The notes beneath the pieces are model-generated. The model had not been told where the DNA came from, did no database searches, and saw nothing but the letters and a program-made list of their open reading frames with translations. DNA of 64,000 nt. Origin: Candidatus Eiseniibacteriota bacterium. Lineage in GTDB: Bacteria > Eisenbacteria > RBG-16-71-46 > CAVPCR01. Below are positions 60,535 to 64,000 of the stretch, in pieces; positions within the stretch are counted from its first letter, which is position 1; every line of letters begins with the position of its first letter. The DNA lies in contig CAVPCR010000001.1 in assembly GCA_963702435.1 (NCBI GenBank), forward strand, positions 736,001-800,000. The letters run 5' to 3'. Position numbers and translations under genes: made by a program.

Positions 60535-61773
60535 ATGAACCCGCTCGCCACCGGCGCCTCGCCGCTTGCCGCCCACTGGTCGCTCGACCCGGACGTCATC
60601 TTCCTGAACCATGGCTCCTTCGGCGCCTGCCCGACCGCGGTGCTGGAAGCGCAGGCCGAGCTCCGGGCCCGCCTCGAGCGCGAGCCCGTGCGCTTCCTCG
60701 GGCGCGACTTCGAGGGCCTCCTCGATCACGCGCGGGAGGAGCTCGCGCGCTTCGTCGGCGCCGATCCCGACGATCTCGCCTTCGTCCCCAATGCGACGAC
60801 CGGCGTCAATGCGGTCATTCGCTCGCTCGCGTTCGCCCCCGGTGACGAGATCATCACCACCGATCACGCTTACAACGCGTGCCGCGCCGCCATCGACTTC
60901 ACGGCGGAACGCACCGGCGCGCGCGTCACGATCGCCCGGGTCCCCTTTCCCCTCGCCGGGCCGGGGTCCGTCGTCCAGGCGATCCTCGATGCGACGACGC
61001 CGCGGACGCGCCTTGCGCTCATCGACTGGATCACGAGCCCGACCGCGCTCGTCTTCCCGATTGCCGACATCGTGCGCGAGCTCGCCGCGCGCGGCATCGA
61101 CACGCTCGTCGACGGTGCGCACGCGCCGGGGATGGTGCCGATGAATCTCGCCGCGCTCGGCGCGGCCTACACGACCGGGAACTGCCACAAGTGGCTCTGC
61201 GCGCCGAAGGGCGCCGCCTTCCTCCACGTGCGCCGCGATCGCCAGGCCGCGATCCACCCGACGACCTTGAGCCACGGCACGAACTCGACGCGCACCGACC
61301 GCTCCCGCTTCCGCCTCGAGTTCGACTGGATGGGCACCACGGACCCGACCGCGTACCTGGCCGTCCCCGCGGCGATCCGCGCCATGGGCGCGCTCGTGCC
61401 GGGCGGCTGGCCCGAGGTGATGGGGTTGAACCGCGCCCTCGCCCGCACCGGCCGCGACATCCTGTGCGCGGCTCTCGGCGTCGAGCCGCCGGCGCCCGAC
61501 GAGATGCTCGGATCGCTCGCGGCGGTGCCGCTGCCCGCACCGCCGGCGGCGGACGGTCCCCCGCCCCTGCCGCCGGCCACCGCCGCCGATCTCGCCGATC
61601 CCCTTCAGACGGCGCTCTTTACGGCCGACCGGATCGAGGTGCCGATCATCACCTGGCCGGCCCCCCCCAGACGGCTGGTGCGCATCTCCGCCCAGCTGTA
61701 CAATTCCCCGTCCCAGTACGAGCGCCTCGCGGCGGCCCTGGCCGCCCGCCTCGAGTCCCCCCGCACCTCTTGA
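60535..61773 (+). CDS. Class V PLP aminotransferase (isopenicillin-N epimerase/EgtE-like)
   Basis: FLNHGSFGACP, NATTG, VDGAHAPG, GNCHKW. Confidence 0.92.
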   Translation: MNPLATGASPLAAHWSLDPDVIFLNHGSFGACPTAVLEAQAELRARLEREPVRFLGRDFEGLLDHAREELARFVGADPDDLAFVPNATTGVNAVIRSLAFAPGDEIITTDHAYNACRAAIDFTAERTGARVTIARVPFPLAGPGSVVQAILDATTPRTRLALIDWITSPTALVFPIADIVRELAARGIDTLVDGAHAPGMVPMNLAALGAAYTTGNCHKWLCAPKGAAFLHVRRDRQAAIHPTTLSHGTNSTRTDRSRFRLEFDWMGTTDPTAYLAVPAAIRAMGALVPGGWPEVMGLNRALARTGRDILCAALGVEPPAPDEMLGSLAAVPLPAPPAADGPPPLPPATAADLADPLQTALFTADRIEVPIITWPAPPRRLVRISAQLYNSPSQYERLAAALAARLESPRTS

Positions 61774-61799
61774 GCCGGAAAGCACCCGCAGTCGACCCG

Positions 61800-63011
61800 A
61801 TGATCTCTCCCGAAGAACGTCTCGCACCGCCACCGCCCACCGACCTCGAGATCCACGATCTCATCCGCCGCGAGCTGGCGCCGCACTTCGCGTCGCTCGC
61901 CCGTCTCCGCTCGAGCGCGGAGCTCTACGCGCATCCGCTCTACCCGCGGATCGAGCCCGTCATCCGCCGGGTCCTCGCGACCCCCGAGCTCGGGAGCTTC
62001 GCGCCGGGGCCGGCGCCCGCGCGACCGCGCTATCGATTCCTCGCCTGGAACCTCGAGCGCGGGATCCAGCTCGACGGCCAGATCGCGGCGCTGCGCACCC
62101 ATCCCTATCTCCGGAGCGCGGACGTTCTCCTCCTCACCGAGACCGACGTCGGCATGGCCCGCTCGGGGAACCGAGCCGTCGCGCGCGAGATCGCGGCCGC
62201 GCTCGGCATGCACTACGCCTTCATCCCGTCCTACATCAACCTGTCGAAGGGCGCCGGCAACGAGCACCACGCGCGCGGCGAGAACGAGCTCGGCCTGCAC
62301 GGAAACGCGCTCCTCTCCCGCTACCCGTTCGCGCGCGTGTGGCCGGTCCCGCTCGAGAACGGGAAGGACAAGATGCGAGGGCGCGAGAAGCGGCTCGGCG
62401 AGAAGCAGGCGCTCGCCGCCGAGATCGAGTTCCCCAACGCGCGGCTCACCGCCGTCACCACCCACCTCGACGCGCAGTCCACGCGCGAGCACCGGCGCGA
62501 CCAGATCCGCGATGTGATCGACGGCATCGGCGGCGCCGACCTGCCGGCCCTGATCGGCGGCGACTGGAACACCTCCACGTACAACTCGGCGCGCGCGTTC
62601 CGCGCCATCCTCGGCTTCTGGCGGCGCGTGTTCATGGGCGTGGATCACGTCATCAGGAGCCACTACCTGCACCCGGACGCCCGCTTCGAGCGCGAGCTCT
62701 TCGCGCTCCTCGAAACGCGCGGCTTCGACTACCGCCGCGCGAACCAGCTCGGCGCGGCCACCCTCTCCTACGACATCGCCGATCTCAAGACGCGGCGGAG
62801 CCTGGGCGAGTGGGTGCCGGGATGGTGCTTCGCCTTCATCCGCTGGGCGCTCCGCAACCACGGCGGCCGCTGCCCGCTCAAGCTCGACTGGTTCGCGACG
62901 CGCGGTCTCGCCACCGCGAACCCGGTCGTGATCGCCGACGTGGGCACGCAGGCGGAGCGGCCGCTCTCCGATCACGACGCGATCGGGCTCGACGTCGTCG
63001 TGTCGGGGTGA
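61800..63011 (+). CDS. Endonuclease/exonuclease/phosphatase family protein
   Basis: WNLERG, LLTETD, GNALLSR, GGDWN, KLDW, SDHD. Confidence 0.9.
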   Translation: MISPEERLAPPPPTDLEIHDLIRRELAPHFASLARLRSSAELYAHPLYPRIEPVIRRVLATPELGSFAPGPAPARPRYRFLAWNLERGIQLDGQIAALRTHPYLRSADVLLLTETDVGMARSGNRAVAREIAAALGMHYAFIPSYINLSKGAGNEHHARGENELGLHGNALLSRYPFARVWPVPLENGKDKMRGREKRLGEKQALAAEIEFPNARLTAVTTHLDAQSTREHRRDQIRDVIDGIGGADLPALIGGDWNTSTYNSARAFRAILGFWRRVFMGVDHVIRSHYLHPDARFERELFALLETRGFDYRRANQLGAATLSYDIADLKTRRSLGEWVPGWCFAFIRWALRNHGGRCPLKLDWFATRGLATANPVVIADVGTQAERPLSDHDAIGLDVVVSG

Positions 63012-63940
63012 GGCGGCGCCGGCGCCCGTGCCGGCACGAGCTTCACGTACGCGACGAGCGCCAGGATGCTCGCGGCGACCGCGATGAGCCCTGACTCCGG
63101 GCCGAACGCGCCGCCGGTCAGGAGCTCGGGCCCGCCGAGCCGGAGCGTCGAGAGCGGGGACCCGGCCGGACGCATCCCGCTCACCGCCGCGCCGAAGAGC
63201 CACCCCTGGGCCGCGTTCCAGCCGAAGTGCCAGCCGATCGGGAGCCACAGCGCACCGGAGCGGATCCGGCCGACGGCGAGCGCAACACCGGCCGTGAACA
63301 CGTGGGCGAAGGCGACCGCGTCGAACCCCGCGTTGCCCGCGTGCATGAGCGTGAAGACCGTCGCCGTGACGAGCACGGCGACGGTCCTGTTCCGGGCGGC
63401 GAGCTGCGTGAGCGCGTAGCCGCGATCGGTGATCTCCTCGAAGGCCGCGGCCGGCAACATGGCGAGGACCACGAGGGCGAGCGAGAGGAGAGCGCCGGCC
63501 AGTCCCGTGCCGCCGGCGAACGCGGCGCCCGGCGCGATCTCGGCCCAGCCCCCCGCGGCGGCAAGGAGCGGGACGAGCGCGAACTCGATCGTCCCGATCG
63601 CCGCGCCGAGGAGGAGATCGCGCCCCGCCCCCGCGCGCGCGAAGCCGACCTCGGCCCAGCCGAGCCGGGCGCGCCGCCGCATGAGGTGCGTGGCAAGAAG
63701 AGCGGCCAGGACCTCGGCGAGCCCGATCGGGATCAGGATCGGGTGATCGATCCCCACGTCATGGAGTGCGGTGACCGGATGGCCGGCGGCGCGGAGCGCA
63801 TGCCGCGCGAGACGGATCGGAGCGACGAAGAGGACGAGGAAGAGGAGCGTGAGCCCCCAGAAGAGGAGGATGCGACCGGCGATCCGCGCGGCCGACGGCG
63901 CTGGCCCCGGAATCGCTGCTGCGGGCGCCGGCAAGCTCAC
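62972..63940 (-). CDS. CPBP (CAAX/Abi) intramembrane glutamic endopeptidase
   Basis: EEITDRGY, FTLMH, HFGWN; start taken as the GTG at 63940. Confidence 0.88.
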   Translation of the reverse strand: MSLPAPAAAIPGPAPSAARIAGRILLFWGLTLLFLVLFVAPIRLARHALRAAGHPVTALHDVGIDHPILIPIGLAEVLAALLATHLMRRRARLGWAEVGFARAGAGRDLLLGAAIGTIEFALVPLLAAAGGWAEIAPGAAFAGGTGLAGALLSLALVVLAMLPAAAFEEITDRGYALTQLAARNRTVAVLVTATVFTLMHAGNAGFDAVAFAHVFTAGVALAVGRIRSGALWLPIGWHFGWNAAQGWLFGAAVSGMRPAGSPLSTLRLGGPELLTGGAFGPESGLIAVAASILALVAYVKLVPARAPAPPHPDTTTSSPIAS

Positions 63941-64000
63941 AGCTGCCCCGTCGCGTCCCATGCTCGCGAGGCGCGCCCGATAGACCGGGTCTTCGTAGCG

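Overview
High-GC (~70%) bacterial chromosomal window. Three secreted proteins with a C-terminal FlgD-Ig/T9SS-like domain suggest an FCB-superphylum lineage such as Ca. Eisenbacteria, Krumholzibacteriota or Latescibacterota (inference). Most of it is housekeeping or envelope genes: fluoride riboswitch-DUF190-crcB, yhhQ, glgP, ferredoxin, purM, oppABC, ppiA, fur, nadA, class II photolyase, alaX, lsrF, dusB, ompA, sdhCAB, tldD/pmbA and cobB. Highlights: (1) a 69-aa Pup/UBact-like small protein ending QPNGE directly upstream of a divergent PafA/Dop-family ligase and next to a SorC-family regulator, with no proteasome or ARC genes in the window; (2) a secreted 110-aa propeptide-like gene coupled to a TPR-containing sigma54 enhancer-binding protein whose low-GC N-terminal half is broken by frameshifts, a candidate peptide-signalling cassette; (3) an Rdx/SelW selenoprotein (CxxU, in-frame TGA plus SECIS-like hairpin) missed by the ORF track; (4) a DUF222-HNH gene with alternating G-rich and C-rich blocks; (5) a Tat-signal-bearing TldD. 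Several indels look like assembly errors. No rRNA, tRNA or CRISPR array was seen. All family assignments come from motif recognition by eye, not from database searches.
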